A DNA stretch of 64,000 nucleotides from Octopus vulgaris (GCA_951406725.2 OX597835.1:9114001-9178000); one strand, 5' to 3'; shown: positions 26,955-40,821, numbered from the stretch's first letter. Notes: generated from the sequence alone by a model not told the origin. Numbers and translations: made by a program.

Positions 26955-27600
26955 AATGATAAAGGACAACAAAAGAATGAATGAGATCTCGATATTATGT
27001 AAATAGAGGAATTTATATATAATATAATGTGTGACAATTAGTCGGTTGCCATAATAAAACTCAGAATTTCGGATTTAGGGCGGAGGTCTGCTCCGGCATC
27101 ACATCAGTTATCAAGACAAACAAAAAGTGCTATGGAAATAACCCGTAAATAAAGAGAAATTACTATGACGATGACCTTTCTTAAGACCAGCAAAAGAGCT
27201 ATGAGAATGTGTGTGTGGGTGTGCATGCATGTGTCTCACGTGAGTGTGAATTTAAGCACATATGCACATAGACGATGGTGTGCGTGCGCGCATACGCGGT
27301 TTCTATGGGCGTGGTTTTATCTTCTTCGAGTAATTTTATTTTCTCCCTATTCGGGTAATTTCCATTTAGTTGACCGTAATTCTCATAGCTCTTTTGTTTG
27401 CCTTAATAACGGTCATCTTCATAGTAATCTCTATGTAACGGTCATTTTCATAGCATTTTTGTTTGTCTTAATAACTGATGAGATGCCGGAGCATCTTCCA
27501 GCCCAATATCCGAAACTCCGAGTATTCTTATGGCAACCGACTAATTGTTACATATCATATTATATATATATAGTAAGGAATACAAAGAAATATGATAACC
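26955..27600. mobile_element. Penelope-like pLTR fragments in inverted orientation, each with a hammerhead-like motif
   Basis: 27030-27170 is the diverged reverse complement of 27420-27555; plus-strand ctgatga...gaaac-tccga-gta at 27475-27524; gagatctcgatattatg..aatagaggaattt at 26983-27015 is shared with the element at 50.2-51.7 kb. Confidence 0.7.
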
Positions 27601-28491
27601 ACATTGACTAATAATGCTCACTGACAATATATCATTTTGGAATAACGAATAACCAGCGTCAAAGACTTTACCAAACAATTTCCTTCTATAGAAATATTTT
27701 ACGATATCGCATCGTGGAAATATATGATTTAGAGATAGTATCTCCAACACGTTCTTGCATAAAATGGTTACTAATCGTCATTTCTCTTAAACTAGAGGAC
27801 GTGTTACTTACAAAATGTCTTTCACTTTAGTCGTATTAAATAGGAATGGTATCCACACATTTAAACACTTCCCGTTCCAAAAGGGCTACAGAGTCTTATT
27901 AAACAGCAGCTGTCTTCCATGAATGTATACTAGATGCCATTATGTATCTTTTATTAACCATTAGCGTTGGATCATGCTACCAATCAAAGGTGTTTAAAAG
28001 TCTTATTATCTTATCATTTCCATTCTCTTCTGGAATAATGAAATATAGATTAAGATCACTGGTAACGGATTCGAAAAGAGTATTTCTCCAAAACACACTG
28101 ACTGCCTACGGAATTAATTGATACACCATACATATGGTTCACACTACCTTTTATTCAATATTACTTCTCATATTACAGGTACGTTCCTTTCCTGAACAGA
28201 TTAGTATTCCCCTGTCAACTATAGAACAAATTTTGACACAAAATCGTATAATAATCTTCAGATGCAAAAAGAAAATACTACATAATATCTCAGAAACACA
28301 TACACCCCATCATCTTATAGAAAGCGTAATTCATACAAAGTATATATAGTTTGCTATGCATAAGACATAGTGTGTGGAATATGCAACTGAGGCAGATATC
28401 ATGTCATCTTAGATATTTGTCCCTCAGAGAGAAACAGAATATCTGAGGAAACAGAATATCTATTTGATTATTCATGATAGATAAATTATAG

Positions 28492-28562
<71 letters not shown>

Positions 28563-29282
28563 TCAACCTAGCTAAACGCCCATATGTCTGCCTATGTATT
28601 TCACACATACATACAACACAAACGCACATTACAGATATCGTATGATAAATATATAACAGTAATACGAGGAGACATTTGAAAATATAATCAAATATCTTCA
28701 CACATATATAAGTCTCTGTGTGTATTATTTGTGCGTGTGCCGGTGTGTGTTTGTGTGAGTGTATGCTTCTCTGCGTATACACTATGTGAGACAGGAGAAG
28801 GTATGTTTCTTATTATACTAGCATAATCTTATATTAATTTCACAGGAAGATTTTCGAGTATAAAACTTTCGTTCTTGTATCATAAGTTTCTTCAGCAACT
28901 GTCTGAGCCTGCATCACCAAATACGGCGAATTGCATAAACTTTATAACAATAACAGATGCGCAGTGATAAATGACACAACTAATATAAAGGAACAGCTGA
29001 TGACAAATCCCACCACTAATTCAAGTGAACATACAGTATATTTCTGTATATATAAATATCTACACTGTCCCCTTAAAATTTCCTGTCCCTTTACTCGGTG
29101 TAAATTTCCTCTGTTATATATAAACATACATATATATATATATTTATACGGTGATATTCTTCGCCTCAAACTTTTCAGCCATTGACTTCTCTCTCTCTCT
29201 CTCTCTTTCTCTGTTTCTCTCTCTCTCTCTCTATCTCCCTCTCTTTCTCTTCATATATATATGTGTGTGCTGTGTATGTACG

Positions 29283-29323
<41 letters not shown>

Positions 29324-29366
29324 TTATGTATATATATATGTATATATATATGTGAGTATATATCTA

Positions 29367-29413
<47 letters not shown>

Positions 29414-29431
29414 ATATATATATATATATAT

Positions 29432-29516
<85 letters not shown>

Positions 29517-29699
29517 ATCTATATATACATATATATATGATGCATGATTTATACAATTATAATACGTAAATATTCTATATATAATGTATATAAAGTAAAA
29601 TATATGAATCTATTTCTATCTGCGCATATTTATATACATACTTACAAATATACATATGCGCGCATATATATACATATTACATTTCCAAACCTCTCATGG

Positions 29700-29960
29700 A
29701 AATTTATGCAGTAGCAGCACGATAAAGTGATGGTATGTTGCCTACTTAATATGGCTGCTATTTCTGTTCCCAGTTGGACATGATGCATTTTCTTTCTCCT
29801 TATGTTTTCAAAGGGGAGATAAGCACCTCCACCCAGCAAAGCCACCAACCAGAGACTAGTTTCGGAGTTATTGCTCATCATTAGTCTGGAGTAGCATGTT
29901 TTTCTTAGCTGTTGATGATTCTTCGCTCTTGAGCTTTTCTTAGCTTCGCGATCGAAGATA
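29700..29960 (-). pseudogene. Highly decayed RTE-clade LINE ORF C-terminal fragment
   Basis: KTCYSRLMMSNN...AYLPFENIRRKKMHH loosely resembles the CYTRLLR...IRxRRL region of RTE-type ORFs. Confidence 0.35.
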
Positions 29961-30149
29961 TACAGAGCGAGATGGCCATGTTTGAGCCCCAATTGGAATC
30001 AAACACGCAAAAGCGCAGAAGCTGCATTGGAAGGAGGTCTGGTCGAGGTTGATTGCTGTGTTTGTAAGGATGGTGTTACAGGTGTCCTGAAAGGAAGCTC
30101 TTCCCAGGTGGACTGAGAGATACCAGACTTCAGGGTCAGCGGCAAAAGC

Positions 30150-30410
30150 AGACTTTTAGTGGAAATGAAAATTCTCTGATGCTATTATATCATGGTGACC
30201 TTTAGATTATTCGCTATTCATTGTGTTCGTTGTTCTTCCATTCTGGTGCCATCTCCAGCCAAGCAGTGGTATGTTTTCAACGCAGTTGCTTCGATGCTGT
30301 TGATCTTCACCTGATCAAGGAAATCCACGTTAGATCCAAAGTCCCTACAGTGGATGGTGTGAATGACGCGAAGGCAGTGTTAATAGAATCCCTCAAGTTG
30401 TCATAGGTAA
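30150..30410 (-). pseudogene. RTE-BovB-like LINE ORF C-terminal remnant
   Basis: Minus-strand HCLRVIHTIHCRDFGSNVDFLDQVKINSIEATALKTYHCLAGDGTRMEEQR matches the RTE-BovB pattern CLRxILxIxWxDxxxNxEVL...SIEA...WAGHVxRME. Confidence 0.75.
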
Positions 30411-30524
30411 GCCACAAATCTGATTAGTGCGATGGCTCTGGTCTATTCCTTCTCAAAGTTATTTTCCAAGATTATTTTATACATTTATACATACACAGAT
30501 TCGCAGAGTGAGGCACTGAGAGTA

Positions 30525-30768
30525 GAGGAGAAGGAGAGGAACAGAGACAGGTAGAGAGAAAAACAGAGGCAAGGAGAGAGAGAAATGCAGAGGCAAGGAG
30601 AGAGAGAAGCAGAGGCAAGGAGAGAGAGAATCAGAGGCAAGGAGAGAGAAGCAGAGGCAGGGAGACAGAGAAGCTGAGGAAGAGACAGAGAGACAAAAGT
30701 AGAAACAGAGAGAGCTAGAGAGAGAGAGAGAGAAGCAGAGGCAGAGAAAGGGAGAGGGAGAGAGGGAT
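30525..30768. repeat. Purine-rich ~22-bp minisatellite (cagaggcaaggagagagagaag)
   Basis: Four to five imperfect direct copies within an (AG)-rich tract. Confidence 0.8.
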
Positions 30769-31230
30769 ATAAAGTTATTCCATGCGTTACATCGATTACA
30801 TAATCTTGTTATTCGTCACGCGTTGCCAAAGACCAGATATGTAAATGAGATAGTTACATTCATATTCATGTATCTCTTGTTCGCATTCAAGACCATAATC
30901 CAAAATACAAAATACTATAGTATTGGGACTGATGAATTGAACGTTATAAAATATTTATTCTGCTTGAAGAGTTCAGATATACAAGGATTCAGAAAATTTA
31001 AACATGCATTCATGCAGATATCAGCCATTGTGCTCGCTTGATTTCAGTTGATTTATTTAAATAACAAGACACAATGAAAAGTAAATTGAGCAGAGGTAAC
31101 GTGACTGGCATAATATATATATATGCGGATGTATATTCATGTGTTTGCACATATCCATATATCTGTCTAACGATCTATCTGTCTCTCTCTCTCCCTTTTT
31201 TATTACTGATATACACACACACACACACAC

Positions 31231-31289
<59 letters not shown>

Positions 31290-31319
31290 GTATACATATA
31301 TATATGTATATATAAATAT

Positions 31320-31371
<52 letters not shown>

Positions 31372-31395
31372 TATAAATATATAATATTATATTAT

Positions 31396-31485
31396 ATTAA
31401 ATTAGAGATAAAACCACTATTAGGCAAATCATACAATAAAAAACTTAAGCCAATACATAAGATTAATTAATTTATATTATTTTAA
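31396..31485 (-). mobile_element. (TA)n-embedded repeat fragment (putative Penelope-like pLTR)
   Basis: Nearly identical to 53862-53950. Confidence 0.75.
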
Positions 31486-31533
31486 ATTTTCAAAATTATA
31501 TATATAAATATATAATATATATATAAATATATA

Positions 31534-31640
<107 letters not shown>

Positions 31641-32263
31641 AGGCACGAGAGCTGATAAAAAATCATTGTCACGGGATATTAACGCACGGACGTAGTGGCG
31701 AAACTACAAAAATTTCCGAGTCTAATCATTTGGTCATGCTCTACCAGACATTACAGATTAAATTAAGAGAGACTTCCCTGTTTGGGAGTCTCCCTATATA
31801 TGTTCCCTCAACCTTGACAATTATAACTTATGGCGCCAAGTATTGTCGTATGACGTTTAAAAAAAGGATGTAACGACGAAATGTCAATAATTTCTAAAAC
31901 TATCGAAAGCAGTAATTTCAGCCAGAATTTTTCAACTCGACTATGATGTAAGAAAGTTCCCTCATAGATCCATGTATTTCCATATCAACTATTGAAAACC
32001 AGAGAAATCCATGAAACCATTTAAAATTTTTGCATTGGAGATATTAAAATTTCTAAATTTTTCTTTAGGTGTTCGTGTGTATGTCCGAAGATGTAGATAT
32101 GTAAGTTCCTTAACTTATTTTGAGGGAAATTCAAAATACTCACAAAAAACTGTAGATCTTCCAGTCTTTTAGAGTTATTTCTTCAGATGTCCTGCCGGGT
32201 TGTATTAGCGTTTCTGTGTCTTCAGCTGCTGACAGGTCAGAGCAGTGAAGAACACGTCCAGCC

Positions 32264-32317
32264 TTATTATTATTAATATTATTATTATTAATATTATTAT
32301 TATTATTATTATTAATA

Positions 32318-32408
<91 letters not shown>

Positions 32409-32438
32409 CATTATTATTATTATTATTATTATTATCAT

Positions 32439-32483
<45 letters not shown>

Positions 32484-32500
32484 CAGCAGCAGCAGCAATA
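32264..32500. repeat. (ATT)n(AGT)n(AGC)n compound microsatellite
   Basis: Direct reading. Confidence 0.95.
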
Positions 32501-32559
32501 GTTGCTGCAGCTGCAGAGTAACTTGTGAAAACGTTCAGCAAGGAAATCCATGTTGAGGT

Positions 32560-33600
32560 ATGACGACACCAGTTCACTTCATAAGAGTCTTCTCCAGAAT
32601 GTAAGATGGTCCTCTTCTGATGATTGCCAATGTGAGTTTCAATTTTAATCTATTTCAGTCTTTTTGTTAGCGTTTTGGTTGTTGTAACAGATGCACCAAT
32701 TACCACAGTGAATAATTTCTTAGTCTGCCAAATTCTTCACCTCTCTTCCTAGATTCTCAAACTTTCCACCTCTGCTGATTCTCATCTTGTATTACCGCAT
32801 TTAGTTCGTGTTGACACCACATTTCTGTCACGTTAGCCACATATTCGGCTAACATCCTAATATACACCTTTACCTACAGTGTCATGCCTGCACTTATATT
32901 CTTTTTGTGCTCGTGTACTGCAAGCAGCCAAGAGATTACTGATACTTTCATCTCCTTTTCTACATTTCTGTGTTTACTGCTTGACTGTGTTTTGTTGACG
33001 TTTGCCTTTATCATATTTGTTCTAATAATAATCTAATTCCGGAGTGATTCTTGCTCTTCTTTCTGGTTCTTCTTTGCCACCCAAACCCAACGTGCATTCT
33101 CGGTTTGTTATACACATTTTTCATTTAATTCAGTTTCTTTCCATTTGCTTTTCTGTTGTACCTTCTCTCTTTGAACTCTTCGATTATTTCAATTACTATT
33201 TGAGCAACTCTAGCTGCTGATAACATTCTTTCCTACTCCGTACAACGACATTTTCAATCCCGATATCTCGTCTCTAGCTGTGACTCCTACGTTTAGAAAT
33301 ACCTTACCATCTTCCTTTCTTAATATGTAGACTCTGTTGGTATTACATTTAAGGTGGTGTGTGCTGTGCATTGTCAGGAGCTTCTTAGTTCTTTTATCAA
33401 GGTTCTGTAACCCGGCATTAATCTATTTGAGATAACGAAAGGAATATCTTAATACTAGCACAGACCCTGTATTTATTGCTTTAATGATATTCCCAGCATT
33501 TAGTTTCCTTTCAAGCACCCTCCTAATTCTCCTCATTTACCCATTACAGATTTTCTCTCAAGCTTCTCCTTCCGTTATCCTATCGTCTCGCAACATCTCC
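32560..33600 (-). pseudogene. Decayed R4/Dong-like (REL endonuclease) retrotransposon ORF
   Basis: Minus-strand NAGNIIKAINT..VLRYSF...NLDKRTKKLLTMH...NRVYILRKEDGK and zinc-knuckle region DESISNLLAACS..AQKEYKCRHD; lies beside an (ATT)n tract. Confidence 0.75.
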
Positions 33601-34679
33601 TCATTATTCCACGGTAAATCTAATGAGGTTCTCTTGTGTTTATCATCATCACCAACAACAGCATCTTCATCATTATTATTGTTGTTGTTACTCTTATTAT
33701 CATTCTTCTTTTTTATTATTGTTGATGTTGTTGTTGTTGCTGTTCCGTTTACGCAAAACAGATTAGACTGTTGCAAAAAAATTACTAACATCGTGCGACG
33801 AATATCCTTAGATGTCAAGAAACTTTCTAAGTATCTGAACTATCCCTAACAACATCGTTTTTTTTTTAGCTGCTCCCAGGTTTTATGCTTATTTCCTCTA
33901 TCTGCCTGTTCAGGTCTTTAGGGATAGTGGCTAATGCACCTATAACTACAAGGAAACATCTTACCCGAAATTTCTATAGCCTGTGTATATTCTGTTTTCC
34001 TCTCATGTTGACTTATTCAAAGCCCCAAAGAATTTCTCTCAGCACATATCTATGATGCTCCACCACAACGTTTGCTCGTGATCAGAGATGCCCATATCGT
34101 CATCCACCAAGGGTCGTTCTCAACTGGTTAAGGTCAAACATCTGACAAGCAAATCTTTAGTATCGATCAGAATATTTGCTGTAACCCATCCGTTATACCA
34201 AGTCAAAGGACTACACGATAACCCTTTCAAACAATTAAGAAGTGTTGTTGTTTTTGTTTCTGGTGTTGTTGTTGCTGCTGTTTTTACTGTTGTTGTTGCT
34301 GCTGCTGTTGTTGTCGTCATCGTCGTCGTCGTCGTTGTCGTTGTTGTTGTTGTTGTTGTTGTTATACCTGAATTAGTTTACATAGGCCTATAGTAACAAC
34401 CTATTCGATTTCATGCACTTAATATAGAGCGAATCAATTTTAATGGAAGCAAAATATACCGTCGTACGCTGTGCATCAGTTGTTAAGATTTATTTGGTAA
34501 ATTTCCTTTTGAAATGCTAAGCGTAATTATCAAGCTGTTAAGAGTTCTGGCTATATAAACATGGCCAGAAGATAAAGACTAAATAAAACAGTCTCTCTGT
34601 GAATGAGAAATAATTACAAAGTAAAGAAGTTAAATTAACGTAAACGGTGAAGAACGATTATTGTTCGTTACACTGTATG

Positions 34680-35150
34680 TTTTAATCAAAATTGCTGTTA
34701 TCGATATATTGAGAGAATCGACAAAATCTAAATCATAACTTGTTTCATAACAAAATAGATTTAGCTAGAAGCAGCAACAAGGCTAGAATGGAATCCTATA
34801 ATAAATCAGGTTTTCTTGAAAAGCTTAAAATACTGGAGGAACATAATGTGAGTATCGTAGGAAGATATAGCTTTATTGACCATGTGGAAATCACTCGTAA
34901 CATATCGCCGCAAATACAAATAGTAAAAACTTCATTAATCAATTCAAATGATTCATGGGTAACAAATACAAATTCCATGAAGCATTCTGTAGAAATTGCG
35001 GAATATCACAAGAAAAATTATATTGGAAGCTATAAAAAATTAAGGTAACAAACATCACGTGCAGTACGCAAGCTCCAAATTGTTGGCACCTACCGCTGCT
35101 GGCTCCACCAGCAACAAAGATGCGTTGTAAATCACGGTATAGGCGAGCGC
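34680..35150 (+). pseudogene. Possible decayed DNA-transposon (Mutator-like) transposase fragment
   Basis: Non-repetitive 102-aa ORF 34740-35048 containing NSNDSW...MKHSVEIAEYHKKNYIG, loosely like NxDxWH..K motifs recalled from invertebrate Mutator-like transposases. Confidence 0.3.
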
Positions 35151-35798
35151 TTTAAAAGTACAATAGGGTGTTGGTCCTAAGTATTAAATGTCCTCCTTGA
35201 CATATTTTAGCTACACAGTATAGACTGAGAGACTATCAAAATTAAGAAACACTGTATCTGTACTTTACATTTCTTTACATTCCCAATAACATATGTTATA
35301 AAGTTTAGGCAATCTCTGTTTTTCATTCTAAAATAAGACTTAAGTGTTCGATGAGAATAATCAATACTTATCAAGCTAAAATTTACATATAACATATCTC
35401 AGCTAATGATACTTGATTGATGTGCAGACAGTAAGCAAATGAATCTTCCTTTCGTTGAAATACAGTTTGTATATTTACTGTAGAAATTAGACAGAAATAG
35501 ATTCGTACAAAGCTAGTGAATGTTGGTGCATCTGAAAATATCAGCTCGGTTGAAATAAGTATACATAACAACACAACAGAAATGGATACAAGCACAAAAG
35601 TATGCATCGATTGTGAGAGAATTTATATATTCAACTGCTGTTGTACCTCCTGCTACTTCGAGTTCCATAGACATACACAACCAACAAACACAATGTAAAT
35701 AATAATAGACGGATAAATACGTGCACACGAATGTATTAATAGCTATCTGTATATTAATATGTTTGCGTATTTATGACTATAACCTATCTGTTACGCAC

Positions 35799-35829
<31 letters not shown>

Positions 35830-35832
35830 GTA

Positions 35833-35889
<57 letters not shown>

Positions 35890-35891
<2 letters not shown>

Positions 35892-36112
35892 TAAGCAATA
35901 AAGGGTTTAGCAACGAATTGCCTTACCACAGACCGAATTTAGAAATAGCAGTCAAAGAGTTATAGCTATTTCTTCTACTAAAAAGGGAGATCTCAGTATT
36001 TTTTACTGAGATCTCCCTTTAGTAGAAGAAATAGCTATAACTCTTTGACTGCTATTTCTAAATTCGGTCTGTGGTAAGGCAATTCGTTGCTAAACCCTTT
36101 ATTGCTTAGTAT
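35890..36112. repeat. Near-perfect fold-back (arms ~108 bp, short T loop) between (TA)n tracts
   Basis: actaagcaataaaggg...gatctcagta / tactgagatc...ccctttattgcttagt; only a small A-run indel differs. Confidence 0.95.
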
Positions 36113-36216
36113 TACTTAAATTTTCCTCGAATGAGGCTTTTACATGCCGAAGACTACTTGGTGTAATTGATAATTATTCCAAATTAATTAATTTCAGCCT
36201 TCATTATTACGGATAA

Positions 36217-36266
<50 letters not shown>

Positions 36267-36941
36267 GTTCATATGTTTACAAACTTATGTATAGAAGCAT
36301 ATATACAAGATATACGAGAGGGTATCCAAGAATTGATTATTTCAGTGAAATCGGACAATTTTTTAAAAGCTTTCTTTGATTTATATTTAATATGTGGTAA
36401 AAATATATCTAGTAATAATTTTCTTTTTCATTTTATAGGTTTTATAATCTTTTACAATTTCATTTTCATTTCTTTCGGATCCTTCTTATCTGTCCACGAC
36501 AACTTATGTGTATTTGGCTGCACTAATATTTTCTACCTCTCTTCCCCGGATGGAGCAATAATTTAAATTAGCTTCAGTGCCTACCTTGAATAAAATAGAT
36601 CGATAGCAACATTTTCCTTTCATGGCAAAATATGCATCTAATTCAATAAAACCCTGAAGTTTACTCTGATCACCATGTATTAAATGAAAATTGCTTCTTT
36701 TTTGGGGGGGAGTAGATTACGTAGATATAATTTGTCCCTGCTTTTCAATCTCAGAATCTAACTACGCATAATACTGCTGTAGTACACGTGCTGCATACAT
36801 TCCTACAACAACGTTTTCTTTACGTGCTATAAAGGAAGATGTAAATCTGCCTGCCGCTCAGTCGCATGTTTGTGTTTCGCTTATTTTTTATGGGCTTTAC
36901 CCTGAGTAATTATCTACAGCACGTGCCTGATATGTATATAA

Positions 36942-37006
<65 letters not shown>

Positions 37007-38229
37007 AAGAGAATGAGTGCGCGTGTGTGTATGTATATGAATATGTGTAGAGTGGGAGATAAAAAGAGAAAATACATCTGCACTTGCTGGTAGTGTGTAA
37101 GAATTTGAATCAATATTTCTGTGTATGTGTATGTGCATATATATACTTGAATCAATGTATATTATAAAATTGGCTTTATTTAAATTTATACCTGTAATTT
37201 GAAATACTTGACACAGTGTGGGTAACACATTGAAGTGAATTTGATTGTATTCTGATAACCATTGGACCTGGCCTTACAAATTTTAATTCATGTTGTAAAA
37301 ATATTACCGCCAAACCTGACTACGATTAACGGAGCAATAATTATCAAAATCTCAAGTGGATCTTTAGAAATGATATTGTGAAGGAACTAACCAAAGGTGA
37401 AATCTCCGATCCTATATTTCACTTCTATTTTGCTCTTAAGGATGAACTCGGTTTTTATAGCACTGCATGTGCTTCTGTTCAACCTGTCACAATTTAGAGA
37501 GCAGGATGAAGGTTTAAGGCAATTGTTTAAAGATTGATGTTGGAAATAAAAAGGATTTCTAAGGCTTTAATTCAACGTTGAGCACAAAGCTCCGTAGAAG
37601 ATCTTTCGCATAGTTTCGAGGATGAAGATTTTCATAATTGTATTGCAGATAACAGCGATATTGCATTAACCTCAGGTTATCAGATCATGAGATTATCGGC
37701 TTTCTGATTAATCCCGAAAATTGACAGGTACATTTCTCCGCCGAACATGATAATGAAGACAAAAGCATTATAAAAGTGACGTGACCTGAAGCATAATCAG
37801 CCATGGATGAGATACTTTCTTTTTTCCAAACATAATTCCAGTTTCCTTGAGCAACAGGTTATGTAAAGAGTATATGCGCAGATATGAAATTATCACCGGA
37901 AGATTGGATTACAGAGAAGAACGCACTAACCGGAAATTGCCAAACAGTACATATGCAAATGATATTCACGTGTGGTGTATGGAAAACAAATATTCGGAAT
38001 TGATTTTATGTAAATTCAAGTTAGTCATTGCTTTCAATAATTTCGAATTTCTTCAATAAACCTTTGGAGGGATATATTCCTTGCCTAAAGTGAAAATGTA
38101 CTACTGCATATATCTCTGTGTTTTGCAACACGGCCATAGTAACAGTCATAAAATAAAATAGATACAGAGATGCGCAGACAGACAAATAGATAGATGCAAA
38201 TATCTACGTATATATATTCCAAAACAAAT

Positions 38230-38321
38230 GGTTCAAGGTTCAGTCCCACTGCGTGGCTCCTTCGGGCCAACCAAAGCATCGTGAGTGGAATTTGCAGACG
38301 GAAACTGGAAAGTAGCCTGTC

Positions 38322-38325
<4 letters not shown>
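38230..38325 (+). mobile_element. Partial family C SINE
   Basis: ggttcagtcccactgcgtggc...gacggaaactggaaagtagcctgtcg followed by (TA)n. Confidence 0.75.
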
Positions 38326-38384
<59 letters not shown>

Positions 38385-38413
38385 AAAAAGGAGATGTGGA
38401 ACACGAGTTGTGA

Positions 38414-38684
38414 TATATAAAAAAAGGAAATGAAGAAAATGCTGACAAAATAATTTAAGTAAGAGAGAGTGTATTTAATTAGGTGAAAGTTCTTTTTACC
38501 GGTTGCGCATTTGTTATGCTTATCAAAAGATATTTTTTAAGAGAGATAGAGTTCCTTTCTGATAGATTTTTTTCTCTTATCTTTTGATAAGCATAACAAA
38601 TACGCAACCGGTAAAAAGAACTTTCACCTAATTAAATACACTCTCTCTTACTTAAATTATTTTGTCAGCATTTTCTTCATTTCC

Positions 38685-38695
<11 letters not shown>
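38414..38695. repeat. Fold-back (arms ~115 bp, ~46-bp spacer) between (TA)n tracts, with a degenerate hammerhead-like motif in each arm
   Basis: aaaaaggaaatgaagaaaatgctgac...gcttatcaaaagata versus tatcttttgataagc...gtcagcattttcttcatttccttttt. Confidence 0.9.
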
Positions 38696-38719
<24 letters not shown>

Positions 38720-40608
38720 CGTGAGAACCAAGTTCTAACTGTATTTTGACCAATCAGTAAGTGGCTATGGTTCGATGGGTACGTCGAGGGTTCTTTACTT
38801 TGAATATTTGTTTGGCTATGTTTTGCAATGTTATAAATGTTTACATATCAATCGAGTCAATGGTCATTTGGTCAGCATTACTATCATATTCCCATCGTTT
38901 TCATTATTTTTGTTTGTATTGTTAGTGGTGGTGGTGGTTGTGGTGGCAGTAATAAGAGCCGTAGTATTTATTATTATTCTGTCCATCATTATTACAATTA
39001 TCACAAAGTATAACTGTCCATTTAAAACGGGTTTCAATTTATCAATATATTTTTATCAAATGTATATGCTTTCCAGAATAATTTCAAAATGGCTTTTAAA
39101 TGAGAATAATTGGGTCTCCTAGGTAAGGGTAAGTTTCATGAATAATTTGATAAAGCAAATACTAATAAATAGTAGAAAAGTCTACTGACGTGAGTTGTTT
39201 GGCAGTCTATAGGATTTAGTAGGTTAGTAAAATCAGGCAGTGACTTTACTTAGTATTGAGAGTAAATAAATTCCTTCCTCATTCTACATGATCTGGGTAA
39301 CTAGTTTTTATCTTTTAAGATTTAATATCATTCGGTGTGATCTTCATAGTTCAATAGAATATTTGTAGTTGAATACCGTGTGAGCACTAAGAAACATTTA
39401 GTGATTATGTAAATTGCAGCGGTGAATATTTGAATAGCAGTAAGGAAAAAAATTAGCGATTATTCAAAATTGTGGTGGATGGACTAACTTGGCTTGTCAT
39501 GACCTCAAATGAACTTCGGCAAGCAATAAATTACAGTTTATTAATATGGCATATATTAGCGACAGCAATAATGCTGATGATATAGACAAGATTTATTGCT
39601 GAACAATGCGGTAGATACTAGAAAATTATGGAAGAGATAATATAGATAAGTATCCTTCTTGTTCGGAAATTCAGTCTTTTGTATTATATGTGGTTTCTCA
39701 CAAAGACTGAATTTGTAATAATGATCCGAAGGTGAATAGGTGAAATTTTCGTAAGGATTCTCCAAGCTTGGATACAGAAGACGTTTCTTTAATAGCGGAG
39801 TCTGCAGATAGAGTTGGACAGGAAGCTGGAAATTCCGTTGGCAATATATCTACGCTTGCTTAATTTTTTTTTAGAAATTCCCTTGAAATATTTGTCTCAT
39901 GCGCCACACATAGCTATGCATGACACAAAACAGATGTATCAGCATACAGACCAGACCCATTTAAACAGCTTCCATTTAAGCAGCCACTAACTTTCATTAT
40001 TAAATTCTTAAATCCTAAATGCCACCTCTAACATAACACTGCAAAATTATCTCCTGTTATACTGAAAAATATAAAGAATAGTATTTGCTGCAACTGTTTT
40101 ATGAAAACTCTTTCCCCAAATAACCCTGTCTCTGAACAATCAAAACCCATCATAACAGTCTCTCTTCTATGCCACATTTGCATTATGTATCATACAATGA
40201 AAGTAAAAAAATGAAGAATTATGGATATATAATCAATTTATTTGTATAATATTATGAGGTTGAAAGGTTTTTATTAAAAAAATACAAATATATTATAAAT
40301 TATAAAACTAAAGAAAGAAATGGCAGACGCCAAAGGCTTACATATATGTTTCAATTCATGCCCCAGCTGATTCGTAAATTCTTTGCATTTGCGTTGGGTC
40401 AAATGTTAAGAACTGGTCATCATTTTCACCTATGTGAAACATTAGAAGCAAATCGAAATATTGTCCACAATTATGCGTTCCGACCTCGTTTCCGAGGTTA
40501 TTTTAGTAGTAAAAAAGTTTTGTGCTAACACAGATTATTTGGTAACCTTTATGTTTGGGTTATCCCTTCATAAATGTCTCCCCTCTTTTCTATGCCACAT
40601 TTATATTA

Positions 40609-40679
<71 letters not shown>

Positions 40680-40821
40680 GACCTGACATCCTCGAATTGA
40701 CTATATATATATATATAAATGAGTAACAGAGAGATCCAGGAGCTGTATCCTTATTGTATATATAATAATGTGTGTGTGTGTGCTTGCGTGCGTGTAGGTG
40801 CGTGTGTATGTGTGTGTGGGA

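Noticed and set aside
28860-28905. Minus-strand ctgaaga...cgaaag as another hammerhead
   Set aside because: Stem II pairs poorly and no GUH/stem III follows; could be chance
37380-37800. Possible reverse-transcriptase remnant
   Set aside because: No intact QG/SP or YADD motif in any frame I could read
39556-39765. 69-aa ORF with Cys/His residues as a zinc-finger exon
   Set aside because: Spacing does not fit C2H2 or other known fingers; no supporting splice signals
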